A stretch of 64,000 nt of DNA from assembly GCA_964016885.1 (NCBI GenBank), contig OZ024745.1, forward strand, positions 122,946,001-123,010,000, written 5' to 3'. A program made the translations under genes and the position numbers. Within the stretch, counting starts at the first letter, position 1, and each line of letters opens with the position of its first letter. The notes below the pieces were generated by a model. The model saw nothing but the letters and a program-made list of their open reading frames with translations, did not search any database and was not told where the DNA came from. This stretch comes from Eledone cirrhosa (lineage: Eukaryota). Of this stretch, positions 41,300 through 54,373 are shown one piece after another.

Positions 41300-41376
41300 G
41301 AGAAGAAGAAGAAGAAGAAGAAGAAGAAGAAGAAGAAGAAGAAGAAGAAGAAGAAGAAGAAGAAGAAGAAGAAGAA
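41300..41376. repeat. (GAA)n microsatellite
   Basis: Pure GAA run. Confidence 0.97.
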
Positions 41377-41851
41377 TGATGATGTCAATTTAGATGACAT
41401 GTAAGGATAATACATTGATTCACTGTGTTGGTGAATGAAATCAGTATTATTGTCCCCAACAACAGAGACATGAAATGGTTTCCATGTAGTCAACATATTT
41501 AAAATTCTTATTTCCCAACATTAAGCATCGAGCGAAGAATCCTTAGCCATAGGTTAATGGCAGAAAAAGTAACAAGTAAAAGCCAAATTGCATGGAAATT
41601 TAAGTGGGGTCATCTATTGAATGACTTTGGAAGAGAAAGAGATTCATTCTATTTAAGTCAGTGATTCTGAAGCATGACATAACAGTTGGCATGACAGCTG
41701 AACACATAGGCTTGTAGCAATAACAATTCCCTCTAATTTCCAAAATCTACATATTTATAAGGAAACTCAAAGGATTGTGTTTCGTGCACAAGTTTTACCA
41801 TTTTAATGAAATCTATTTAACTTGGGGGAGGGGGGGGGGGGCATATCATTG

Positions 41852-42110
41852 TAATAATATTGTTTCTACGTTTGGCACAAGGCCAGCAATTACCCAGTAC
41901 ATTACTGGTACTTTATTTTATCGAATATTGTTGTAATAATTGTTTCTACTTTAGGCACAAGGCCAGCAATTACCCAGTGCATTACTGGTACTTTATTTTA
42001 TCGACCCTGTAAGGATGAAAGGCAAAGTCAACCTCGGCGGGATTTGAACTCAGATCGTAAAGGGACGTAACTATGCTGGAAAGCATGGCATCCGACCCTC
42101 TACTGATACC
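41852..42110 (-). mobile_element. Nin-domain SINE with duplicated 3' end
   Basis: 41852-41924 repeats 41933-42004. Confidence 0.85.
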
Positions 42111-42364
42111 AGAACACACTTCTGTATCTTTTATGTCTCCATAATTAATTTATTTGGCAATCAATGTTTATCATTGATTAACCAACGGTTAAAATACAGA
42201 TATAAATATATATAGTCTATCAACTAGGGATATCTAAATTCATAAAGAATTACAACAAACAAAAAATAAAATAAAAGAAAGGAAACTGAACTTAATCTGA
42301 GACCATCGTCAATAAAATTGGTAATTCTGGTATAATATAGAAATTTGGTAGCTAGCTTATTTTC

Positions 42365-42666
42365 TCGAGGGCTAAACCCTGAGCAAGGTGGTGGGATAAC
42401 ATTCATGAGCTTGGCTGATCATGCTTGGGGATCCAGCCAGATCAGTCGGAGACGGTAGCTTTTGACAGGACCTACTGGAAGGAGAGCTTGATGACTCTGC
42501 CTCCACGACCCTCTCAGGAACAAGTGGGAGAAGAAGAAGGAGGAGGAGGAGGAGAAGAAGGAGGAGAGGGAGGAGGAGGAGGAGGAGGAGGAGGAGGAGG
42601 AGGAGGAGGAGGAGGAGGAGGAGGAGGAGAAGAAGAAGAAGAAGAAGAAGAAGAAGAAGAAGAAGA
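42365..42666 (+). mobile_element. RTE (Rex3-like) 3' end with (GAA/GGA)n tail
   Basis: ARWWDNIHELG*SCLGIQPDQSETVAFDRTYWKESLMTLPPRPSQE running into a purine trinucleotide tract. Confidence 0.75.
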
Positions 42667-43074
42667 ACTCACTTTGTGTCAACCCTAATATCTACACCAC
42701 CAAAAAGCACGCAGTTGACAATTTTGTAAATATTTATGATTGATCCAACCAAACATATTGGATAGCCTTGATATTGTTACTACTGCCATTTCACTAATCT
42801 CTGTAATCCTTTTTTCTTTCTAGATATTTACCCTAACCCAAGGAAACATATGATACCCCCCCCCACACACACACATACACCAGAAGACCAGCCTTTCTAA
42901 TAATGCCAAATTCTGATTGAAACTGTCATAAACAACCAGCACCAATACCGTCTTCAGTCTGCCCCACCCCACCCTACACATACATCAGTAGACACAAATA
43001 CAGATTTTATAGATTAAAATTTTTTAGCAACCTTCTTTCATATTTGTTACACCAGTCAGTGGTATTGAGACCTT

Positions 43075-43382
43075 CATCAATAGTAATGATATTGTCTATA
43101 ACATTACTGAAACTTTTAACCATATCTCTGGCATGAGAACCTGAATATGAATTCTAACGATGTTTCATCTTTTGAACTAAGAGTTTCTTGTCAAAGCTGC
43201 TTGTCTACATGGATCTCTTCACCTTACGCTCTATCAATAGCAATGTTATTGTCTACAACATCACTAAAGCTTTTAACCATATCTGGCAGGAAAACCTGAA
43301 TATGAACTCTAACCCTGTTTCATCTCTTGAACTAAGAGTTTCTTTTTTACATGGATCTCCTTAGTTTACATTCTATCAATTC
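43075..43382 (+). repeat. ~157-bp tandem duplication
   Basis: ATCAATAG...GAACTAAGAGTTTCTT...ACATGGATCTC occurs twice. Confidence 0.85.
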
Positions 43383-43774
43383 TGGTGACATCTAATGGTC
43401 TGATTATGTTTCACACAATTCTCCCTCTCATAGAACTACAATGCTCTCCTTATTCATATTTTCCTTGTAGGCATCAATGTACAGATGATAAAGTTAAATA
43501 TAAACTGTTTAACTCTCAACAGTTCAGAAAGGTTTATTAAAAGCTAAAGGTGGTGTTTCTCTTGGAAAAAGTAACAAGAAAAATGAATAAACATGTCATA
43601 CTCAGCTGAAGAGAAAAGATATATGAGTCTTACAGCCCATTAACTGGTAACCTTGTGAAAAAATACTTCCACTTAAAATTTATGCTTGTATCCATATTCC
43701 CAATAGTTGTTATTCCATATTCATGTCAGAGTATTTGAAAGATAAATGAAGGCATAGTCATGTCAGTTAAGAAA

Positions 43775-45440
43775 ACCAATATCCAAGGATTTTGAAGCTG
43801 CTTTGATCATGCTCAACTGATTTGGAATGGCATTCACCATGCTAAGGAGAGAAAGGAGCTTCATGTTTTTAGCTTGACCTAGCAAATGCATATAGTTCAC
43901 ATCCTCATGCATTAACACAAAAAGCATGGCCTTTCCTTTCATCCCAAGATATGTGAGAGAAATACTAATGCTATTTACAATCAAGAAATTCACAACAAAT
44001 TGGAAGACACTGGAGATAGGCAGCAGTGTGAGTGTCTACCATTTTCTTTATTTTTTTTTGTGATGAATATTGAGCAGGTTTGAGAGGTTTACGATGTCAA
44101 TCAAAGAGAATGAACATTGGAAGATATTTGGTATTTCCCCAGAAATTCATTTCTTGGATGCTATTACTACCACAGTTGAAAGAAGAGAAACAAAACTCTG
44201 ATGAGTTACTTCAGCAATGTTAACTGCATCACAAATTTAAAAAAAAAATGCAGTCTGTTAATAATGCAGTGTCAGACTAAAGAATTCCACTTTAAAATTG
44301 GAGGGGAGCTGATTTCAACTATCAAGAAGCTAGCAGTTAAGAGCACTGGTCATATCCATATAGAAGCCATTATGATGTTGAGAGGAGTATTGAAATTAAG
44401 ACCAAGTTAAAGGTGTGGTGTTATTGACCCTTTACTGGGGCTCTTATGTTTACACGAAATACATGAGTTATTATTAACAAGAGTGGAATGTCCCAGCAAG
44501 TTCCTATCAAAAAGGTTTGACTTCCAACGTTTCACAGGAATTGGGTTCCGCAATGTTACTGCCATATCTTTAAAATATCCAGAACTGCTGTATGTCATTA
44601 CAGTATCCTTACAGGAATTACAGGTCAAAGAAGTTATAATTACATGGAAGTGTGTGGCTTAGTGGTAAAGGTGTTGGACTTACGACCATAATGTTGTGGG
44701 TTCAATTCCTGGGTTGCATGTTGTTTTCTTGAGCAAAACACTTTATTTCATGCTGCTACAGTATACTCAACTGAAAAGGAGTTTAGCCCTGCGATGGACT
44801 GGCGTCCTGTCCGGTGGGGATTATTGTACTTTCAGTCACTTAATACCATGGAAACCAGGATAAGCACTGGCCTGATGAGCCTTTAGGATTGAGACAGACT
44901 TTAACTTGTGATGGACTGGAGTCCTGTCCAGGAGGGAGTATTGTACTCTCAGTCACTTAATGCCATGGAAACTGAGATAGTAACCGATCAGATGAGTCTC
45001 CAGGCTTGAGAAAGACTTTAGACTTAGACTACAAAACTGCAGCGGCTTTGAACATTGCTAATAAAGGCGTATATTGTAACTCAGTACCGCATTGGATCCC
45101 ATTCTTCATGCAACCCTGCTAATTGTGTTTATGTGATGGGGATTGAGCATGAAAAGTCTGTGTGGAGCTGCAGAGAAATACAAGAGAAGTACAGTGCAGA
45201 ATATACAGACTGGTATAAATATGGAACAACAGAATATCCCATCAAAATAACTTAAACAGGTAAAATATTGTAACTAAATAAATTTGTCATATTGAACAAT
45301 GGGAGTATGTGACTAAAGCAATAGTGTTAAAAACCAATATCCGTGGGTAGTAAGGGAAACAGTTGAGCAAAGAAAATTATTGGAGTGAATGTTACGGCAA
45401 AATGGAACCAGTTAGATCACAACTTCACCTGGGAGAAGTG
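43775..45440 (+). mobile_element. Highly decayed RLE LINE RT remnant (Hero/NeSL-like), split by a SINE
   Basis: Frame-broken motifs QLIWNGIHHAKERKELHV, LDLANAYS, FTTNWKTLEIG and FLDAIT. Confidence 0.5.
44646..45030 (+). mobile_element. tRNA/CORE-like SINE type 3 with duplicated 3' module
   Basis: Head followed by two GATGGACTGG...GACTTTA modules. Confidence 0.85.
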
Positions 45441-45690
45441 TATGATGTGTTTTTAACCCCAGGTATTTTTAAGCAGTAGGGCTTGATTAATATTACTAAT
45501 TATCATTAGTGCAGTGGTTATGCATCAGTAAAACTTTCATAATAGATATGACTGTGGCAGCATGTGAGAGAAAGACCAAAGTTAAGAAAGAGCAAAGAAG
45601 AAATCCTCAGAAAGTAGTAAAACAGAATTGATGCTGCAAGGCTGGAAGGAATAGTTGTAGCAGAACAAAGTTTGATGAGGTTGTAAAATA

Positions 45691-46112
45691 TTAACCCTTT
45701 CGCATTTACATTACTCTATATATACTATTGTATTTTCACAGTAAAGGCTTTATCTTATATAATATCTCACATAATATTGAAACTGTGAGATTTTGATATT
45801 TATTTTGAGATCAATACCTTAACATCAGTATGAGTGGCTGGTTACAGCCAGTTTTTACAAAAAGAGGTGAGAGAATTATGGCCAGATACGGCCGGTTTAA
45901 TCCTTTAACATTTAAACCGGCTGTATCTGGCCAGAATTCTCTCACCTCTTTCTGTTCAAACTGGCTGTAACCAACCACTCATACTGATGTTAAGGTATTG
46001 TTCTCAAAATAAATAGTATCAAAATCTCATAGATTTGATATTATGTGAGATAAAGTCTTTACCATGAAAATATAATAGAATATATAAAGTAATGTAAATG
46101 CTAAAGGGTTAA
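45691..46112. mobile_element. Inverted P1 MITE dimer
   Basis: Two opposite-orientation copies joined at TTAA 45897-45900, with outer TTAA on both sides. Confidence 0.85.
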
Positions 46113-46424
46113 ACAAAGGAGTATGCAATAGTGTGGGTAAAAAAAAATCCAGCCCTTTCCTGATAGCAACACTACTGCTCTTCAACACTATTGGAGAGAG
46201 CAATATTGTGCAAATGTGCTAAAATTGTTATAATATACAGCTGATGAAGGATGTGTCCTACAGTGGAAGGTGTATATAATAAATAATAAAATCAAATGTT
46301 GAGATTGAATTTACATCATTTTTATTGGTTTTAGCCATATTTCTAAAATAAGCTTTATCTCTCAACTTGTTATCCTTGTTTATATATGTACACACATATA
46401 TATATATGTGTGTGTGAGTATATA

Positions 46425-47695
46425 CAGGGTGTGGACGATATTTGTTCGCAATTTTCAACTGATAATTTTATGCAAATTTTTTTTACTTCCGTTGTCACTC
46501 TTGTCTTCATAAAAAACAGTGACTATATTTCCATTATTTATTTTCAGAATAATTGATTATGAATAATTTTGCACCTCCAAATTTCCAAATTTATGGAAGA
46601 GACACGGAGTTCTTCTTGGAATCTGCTCCGGGAGGACAAATAAGGAAATTTCAGACTTTCTCAGCATCAGCAGGAGAATGGTGGAAAAGGTCAGAAAGGA
46701 ATTGAGAAGATTCAGGATTCGACTACGAAGCAACATCAGAGAGGAAAACACATGGTCTGGTCAACGATTAGACGCCTCCAGAACGCCCGAGTTTGTCGCT
46801 GAAGTTCAGGATATCATCAACAATGAACCTAGCAAGTCGATGCGTGCCATTGCAAGGGAGAAAGGCATGGATGAAAAGCTCATGAGGCTGGTGGTACATG
46901 AAGACATTCGCTACATTTCATACAAGATGAGGAAAGGACAATTTCTGTCAAAGGCGATGCAAGAAAAATGACTGAAGCACGCAAAGAAGCTGATCAACAA
47001 GTTGAAACACCCACTGGAGCCAGACATGCTGTGGTTTTTCTCCGACGAGAAAAACTTCTGCCAAGACCAGATGATCAACTCCCAGAACAACAGGTGGCTC
47101 GCTGTCTCATCCAAAGACGTGCCCAGAGTCATGCAGACAAAGTTTCCAGTGACAACATTGGTCTTAGGTGTCGTCAGCAGTCAAGGTGACGTCATGCCAC
47201 CTCACTTCTTCCCTGAGGGCCTCAAGCTGAACACTGATGGCTACATCCGCATTCTGAGCGAGGTAGTAAAGCCCTGGATGGACCAGATAGCTGCAGGTAG
47301 ACCTTGCATGTGGCAGCAAGACTCAGCGCCCTGCCATACCAGCCGAAAGACCTAAGCCTGGCTGTCAGAGAACTTTGTTGACCACACTTCATCTGACATC
47401 TGGCCTCCCAGCTCGCCTGACTGCAACCCCCTCGACTTCTTTGTGTGGGGCGCAGTGGAACGAGACACCAACAGATCTAGCTGCAATACGAAAGACCATC
47501 TGAAGGCCTGTAGCTGGTTCCGAGGCCGCCTTGAGGCCGTCATCAAAGCCAATGGCAGGTTTATCGAGTGAGATCGAAAGAGCCAGTCATGAAGACAAAC
47601 TGACCCAAGTTTGGTAAATATATCTTAAAAAATAAAGCTACTGTGTTATTTTTTCCTAGACAGTAATCTTGTGAACAAATATCGTCTGCACCCTG
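46425..47695 (+). mobile_element. Tc1/mariner DD37D (maT) DNA transposon, full length, inactive
   Basis: 27-bp TIRs (CAGGGTGTGGACGATATTTGTTCGCAA vs reverse complement of right end CAGGGTGCAGACGATATTTGTTCACAA), TA on both sides, ~1.27 kb, internal transposase remnant. Confidence 0.95.
46559..47571 (+). pseudogene. DD37D transposase pseudogene
   Basis: HTH-like N-terminus (RTNKEISDFLSISRRMVEKVRK); motifs FFSDEK, WQQDSAPCH and WPPSSPDCNPLD with 37 residues between the 2nd and 3rd D. Stops at 46969 (TGA) and 47353 (TAA), N-terminal frameshifts, end [14 protein letters not shown]. Confidence 0.93.
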
Positions 47696-47716
47696 TATAT
47701 GTATATATGTGTATAA

Positions 47717-47792
<76 letters not shown>

Positions 47793-47977
47793 GTAGGTAC
47801 ATATGTATGTAAATATATACGTACATATATGTGTATATATATATATATATTTATTAAAATAACAGATTAAAGTTTAAGCAAACTTTATGGGATGTTCGAG
47901 CCCTCTTTAAAATTTAGTCTTCACATTTATTATTATTACTATATATATATATGTGTGTGTGTGTTTGTGTGTGTATG

Positions 47978-48035
<58 letters not shown>

Positions 48036-48740
48036 ATGTATGCATTTGAAACATTATCAATATGGGCAGGCATAAGTTATTTCACCACAGAATCTATTCC
48101 TCTATTAATTTTCGTTAAAATATCTTCATATTGAATGAGTGATAAACACAACTAAAGTTCTATATTTATACAAAAATATTTTATTGACCATAAAGTATAT
48201 ACAAAAAACTTCTTTTTCTTTTTTATTATTATTATTATTTTTTTTTTTTTTCAATACAGAACTAGGAAAATCAATACAAACATCAGTTTGGGTCACAAGC
48301 AGACATTGATTGGATTTCAATTGGATTCAGATTCTTAAAAGATTTTCCATTTCCATAATTAACATTGTCAATAACAGTGTCAATAATATGAAAGAGAATT
48401 CTGAGACAACTTTTCGTATGTATGTATGTGTGAAAAAACAACAAGTAGATGAATAGATAATTGAAAGGAAATAAAAAATATATTCAAACAAACATCTATA
48501 CATGACTGAAATACAAGAAAAACATGCAGATGCAGACACAGAATCGTACTGAAGAAAATATAGAAATATGTGCATACCCTAATATATATATATGTATATA
48601 TGTATGTATATATAAACTGATAGTTACTGTCACAAGAATATGATTGGACACATAGTCAGATAAACAGATATATTAACATCATAGATTTACAGACACCTAT
48701 ATTTATTGACATAAATAAAACACAGCCTAACAACCTTCCA

Positions 48741-48803
<63 letters not shown>

Positions 48804-48812
48804 ATATGTATG

Positions 48813-48870
<58 letters not shown>

Positions 48871-48874
48871 TATA

Positions 48875-48952
48875 TTGGGTTGTCAAGTATGAAATTTGTA
48901 GAAATTTCTAGAAGAAAACAAATTTCTATAAATTTCATACTTGACAACCTTA
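48875..48952. mobile_element. ~78-bp mariner-type MITE
   Basis: Arms GGTTGTCAAGTATGAAATTTRTAGAAATTT inverted around a short spacer, embedded in TA repeats. Confidence 0.7.
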
Positions 48953-49779
48953 TATATATATATATAATAATAATACTGAAAGGATGTCATAAGATAGGAC
49001 CGATATATATGTATATGATTTTTATGTTATACAATTATATATAGTTACATACATATCTATTGGAGAAGTATACATACCTATACATAATCTTGAAGGTGTA
49101 TATTGAAATATGATAAATGACAAATGTATTTTGGTGCTCAGATAGCTTGTTGGTGCTTAGCTCGAGTTTCAGTAAAATTAAATGGATAAAGAGAAGCATT
49201 GGACAGCAGTCTATCAGAGGTCAAATTTCCCAGAAGATCTAGAGTCTACTTATTCCTAGAGACAAGTAAAATTAAGAGATCTTCCCAGGGAAAACAATGA
49301 AATGTCTGCAGCAGATATGAAGTTATATGTCATGGGGTTAGATGTGCAATATATATTATCATCTCATCTGTTACACCTTTTACAGATTTAAATGTATAAC
49401 ATGCATATAATAACATACTTATATAAATGCATTTGTGTATTTGTGCATGTGCAAGTATATATATATATATATATGTTTCCCAGTAACCGTCCTGTAGAAG
49501 TCATTTCCATATTAAATATATATACATATATCCCGGTAACTGTCCTGTAAAAGCCATTTCTATATTAAATATATATATATATATATATACACATACACAC
49601 ATGTATATATGTGAGTGTATATATATATGCAGATGCTCACATACAAGTATCTCCATATTTGTCAGTTTATCAAAGTCAATTCATCTGCAATCGTGGTAGA
49701 GTAAAACATTTATCTTATACTGGCATCATTTTCTCATTTTGTTAACTGACATAATTTTACAGACTTGCACACACTTAGA

Positions 49780-49823
<44 letters not shown>

Positions 49824-49984
49824 CAACTAATGCCTTATCACTTCAAACAAAGTAAAACATTTCGTTTTAATCATTTTCTAACCCAGAAAAAAGAGAGAAA
49901 CAAAAAAGGAAAAAAAAATATTTTTCTTCCTCATAATCGTCTCTTTCTCCCTGTCTTCATATTTATATATATTCATTTCATTTT

Positions 49985-50315
49985 TCATTTCATTTTACGT
50001 GCGCTTTTCCCTGCTTGCAAGGGTGGGACGGGAACTGATTCTGGCTTGATTTCTACAGCTGGATGCCCTTCCTAACACCAACCTCATTTACAGTGAGTGC
50101 TGGGTGCTTTTTTGCCGTGGCACCTCCACAACCACTTTGCAGTGGAATGATATGAACCCCAGTCTCTATCATCTCATTTCTACAGCTGAGTAAACTGGAG
50201 CAATGTGAAATAAAATGTCTTGCTCAAGGAAACAACACATCATCCGGTCTGAGAATTTAACTCACAACTTTTTGATTGCAAGCCCAATGCTCTAACCACT
50301 AAGCCATGAGCCTCC
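49985..50315 (-). mobile_element. tRNA/CORE-like SINE with RTE tail
   Basis: Reverse-complement homologue of 6940-7397. Confidence 0.85.
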
Positions 50316-50709
50316 ATATATTCATATATACACACACATATATATATATATTTAACATTTCAACAACATTTGGACATACGTCTACATCTTCCGATTCCAG
50401 AGCCAGGAATGATCATTATTCGATTGTTCCTTGGTCTGATTGGCAGTGAAGAATATTTATATGATGCAATACTGATTCATTGTTCCCAGTTATTATTGTT
50501 ATTTTTATATTACTATATTCCAAAGTTCCCTCACAAGACTCAAGGTTATGGTAAAAGACATTTGTTAGAAATGGTATCAAACATGGGACCACATCGTTGT
50601 GAAAGAGACTTCTTAACTATACAGCCATACCATTAACGTTATTATAATTGCTTGATTTTTAAAAAGATTTATTACAAGTTCTTACATATTACTAGACTAT
50701 CATCATCGT

Positions 50710-50937
50710 TTAATCCTTTAACATTCACATTACTCTATATTTACTATTGTATTTTCATGGTAAAGGCTTTACCTCACATAATTATCTCACATAATATCAA
50801 ATCTATGAGATTTTTATATTATTTATTTGAGAACAATACTTTAACATCAGTATAAGTGGCCAGTTACAGCCAGTTTGAACAGGAAGAGGTGAGAGAATTC
50901 TGGACAGATATGACTGGTTTAAATGCTAAAGGGTTAA
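50710..50937. mobile_element. P1 MITE
   Basis: TTAATCCTTTAACATT ... AAATGCTAAAGGGTTAA. Confidence 0.85.
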
Positions 50938-51226
50938 CATTTATTTTCCCTGCCAGCAAGAGTTGGATGGGTCTTCACAGAATGAGTCAGTACTCACATG
51001 GTGTTATTGACCTCCCAGACAAGCCAGGGGTTTGCATCTCACGTACAAACAGTCTCATGTTCTATGTAAGCAATTACTACATACATAAATATTTTTCTAA
51101 ATTATAGTTATAGAAATTTCTAAAATCTTATGAACTTTAAGAAAATATTTGTAGATAACAAAATAGAAAACAACAAGTAAAATCATAAAACTATCTTTAA
51201 ATTCTAGATTTCAAAACAGAATGTAT

Positions 51227-51775
51227 TTAATTCTTTTGATACTTAGCTGCCTAAGACTTCGTCTTGCTCTATGATACAAAATATTTAAATTTACAATTTG
51301 GATACTAAACCGCCTGAGACTGCTTCATGTCTATGATACAACATTTTCTGTCGTAAAATCTGCATATTTAAATTAAACTGTTTTATACCAAACTGTTGGA
51401 AACCATGATACAAAACTGAATTTTAAGTGTTTATATTTATCTGAAACCCTTTCATAATTTTATGTAACATACATTATGTTATGCATCAAATACCAGCTTA
51501 ATAATAAAAGAGTTAAGCTATATTGCTAAATACATCCCTCCAAATTCTAGATTATTTTCAAAATTATTTGAAAATCATAGGTAGTGGTTTATGTTTTAGA
51601 TAGATATATCTTTCATCTTATTTTTCATGTTAAAACCTTTTATTAAGTTATGTTCCAGCTTAATAACGACAATGTTATTTTACTAAATCTTTATAATTTA
51701 TTATTTTCGAAATTAATTTAAAAAAAAAGAAACATAGATAATGTATCAAAATGAAAAGTATGATCATGAAAGGAT
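51227..51775. mobile_element. Cluster of older, degenerate TTAA-type MITE fragments (family P2)
   Basis: Recurring motifs TTAAYYCTTTTGATAC and CCAGCTTAATAA..AAA..TTATTTTACTAAAT. Similar pieces near 628-870, 5760-5891, 10500-10620, 21500-21730, 24295-24560 and 30250-30755. Confidence 0.45.
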
Positions 51776-52349
51776 GGACATTTCTGAAACATTAATACAC
51801 AACATATGATATGCAATATAAGAACATGCAATATATGACAGCTAGTATACAATATACAGAAATACAACACTAGAAATAACATTCTCTTTAATATCTAGAA
51901 TTTAATGGTGTTGAAAGATTTAAAACAACCTAAATATAATTATCAATCATTGGTAAACTGGGCACAAAAGAAATTAGAATTAGCATGCAAGAGAGATTAC
52001 ATGTGATATATATATATGGATGATGTAAAGTGGTCATATAGGAGACACAGTAAAAAGGTTCCCAGTCCACACTGTAAAGTGGTGTGTAGGAGACATGGTA
52101 AAAAGGCTCCCAGTCCACACTGTAAAGTGGTGTGTAGGAGACATGGTAAAGGCTCCCAGTCCACACTGTAAATGTGGTTGGTGTTAGGAAGGGCATCCAG
52201 CTGTAGAAAACCTGCCAGAAACAGTTCTGTATGAGCAAGATACGGTCTCCTGACCAATCTTGCCTCAAGTGGAACAAAACCGTCCAACCCATGCTATTGT
52301 GTAAGATGGATGTTAAACAATGATGATGATGATGATGATGATGATTGTT

Positions 52350-52830
52350 GGGTGAAAAAGTGCTATGAGTTCCATATAGAAGAAAGCCATGGAAAAGGAT
52401 GACTGAGGAAGAAATGTATGATGTGGCATGGTAGAATGATGTGAGTATTAAATACAGAAGATATGTGAAGGTGGGAAAGAAATGAATTGAGTCTGCTTTG
52501 TTGGATGTTTAACATTAGTGTACATGAATGATGGCAAGAATGACCAAGAGGAAAACATGGTATAGGAAGAATCAAATGTAGTGTGCAAGAGAGATGACTG
52601 CACTGGTACAGACATGTGGTGTATATGAATGATAATCACTGGGTGAAAAAGTGCCATGAATGCCCAGTAGAAGAAAACTGCAGAAACGAAAGACTGAAGA
52701 AAAGTTGATCATCAGATCTGGAACCTCACAGAAAAGATGATAAAGGAATGCTACAGATGGAAGAATGCTGTAAAGGATTCATCCAGCCCAGGCAAGCATG
52801 GAAAAATTAATATGATGATGATAATGATGA
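52350..52830 (+). mobile_element. Degenerate RTE LINE 3' fragment
   Basis: Decayed W(Y/T)xHV and thumb-like sequence ending CCAGGCAAGCATGGAAAA plus (GAT)n. Confidence 0.55.
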
Positions 52831-52907
52831 TGAGGAGGATGATGATGATGATGATGGTAATGATGGAAATGATGATGATGATGATGATGATGATGATGGT
52901 GGTGGTA

Positions 52908-52951
<44 letters not shown>

Positions 52952-53052
52952 AATGATGGAAATGATGATGATGATGATGATGATGATGATGGTGGTGGTA
53001 ATGATGATGATGATGATGATGATGATGATAATGATGGTTATGATGTAAATGA

Positions 53053-53084
<32 letters not shown>

Positions 53085-53122
53085 TTAATGATGATGATGA
53101 TGATGATGGTGATGGTGATGAT
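52812..53122. repeat. (ATG)n compound microsatellite
   Basis: Direct reading; continues from an RTE tail. Confidence 0.95.
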
Positions 53123-54186
53123 TAAGTAATGATGATGATGAAACTATTTAATTGATAAATGATATAAATATGGAATTTTTGAATCACAAAGCATCTTTCC
53201 GAAATTTGTATTATATTATCATAAATGTAGTTATTTAAACATGTCATTAAAATATTAATATGGTTTAATAATGTGACAAAAATAAAAGAAATAACTGAAA
53301 CTAGAATTTGTTTTTTTGCTGTGTATTGTTTGTAAATGCAAACAATAAATGTTTTAGCAATCATTAATCTTTCAGAGTTTCAGAGATACATACAAATTTA
53401 AAGAACAATATATGTATTATGTATATATACATATATATATATATGTGTGTGTGTATATATATGTATGTATATATGTGTGTGTGTATATATATATATGTAT
53501 GTGTGTGTGTATATGTGTGTGCGTGTGTATATATGTGTGTCATCATCATCATCATCATATATATATATATATATGTATGTGTATATATATATATGTGTGT
53601 ATGTATATGTTGTGTGTGTATATATGTATATGTGTGTGTGTATATATATATATATACAGAGAGAGAGGGGTACAAAGGGGGGAGATTGAGGTAGATAGAT
53701 AGATATTCAAGTTATGCTTATGAAAAACATCTAATAATCTTGTCATATTTAAATTGATATTTCAGCATTTTTAGTGATTGGCTCAGAGTAATAACAATAG
53801 GCTAAATAAAGATGATTTTGATTTCCTTATAAATAGCTTAAGAAATGTTTTCATCTGATAAACTACATTATACAAGCATTGGGGATTTATCTCTAATATA
53901 TTCATTTCTCTACTGAGCATTTTTTTAACTAACTTAGTTGTTGTTATATTTACAAGCTTATCGTTTTCATTAGCAGATCCATCTGCCATTGAAGGATGTA
54001 AAACAAAAATAACAAAAATTAATTAATTGTACATAGACAAGAATAAGCAGCTTTCCCTATTGCTACCACTACCACTATCAGTAGAAATATTTTTAGAAGA
54101 TTCAATGTGGCTGTTCACCCAACTATAAATACCAGCCAAATCACCTTCAAATTACATAATATTATCTTAGAAAAAGATAATGAAAG

Positions 54187-54373
54187 AGGGTAGTGGCTTG
54201 GCAGTATTGGTAGAGGGTTGAATGCCATGCTTTTCAGCATAGAGTTATGGCCCTTTACTATCTGAGTTCAAATTCTGCCGAGGTTAACTTTGCTTTACAG
54301 GGTTGATCAAATAAAGCACCAGTAATATACTGAGGTAATTGCTGGCCCCTTGTGCCAAAAGTAGAAACAGTTA
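54187..54373 (+). mobile_element. Nin-domain SINE, degenerate
   Basis: Same head and tail, small internal deletion. Confidence 0.8.

Noticed and set aside
44870-44905. Hammerhead at CTGATGAGCC in SINE type 3 tails
   Set aside because: No GAAA core (reads GAGAC) and no stem I; other copies lack CTGATGA.
53783-53989. hAT transposase relic (MADGSANEND)
   Set aside because: Only a faint resemblance to an ADESTD motif; insufficient without an HMM search.
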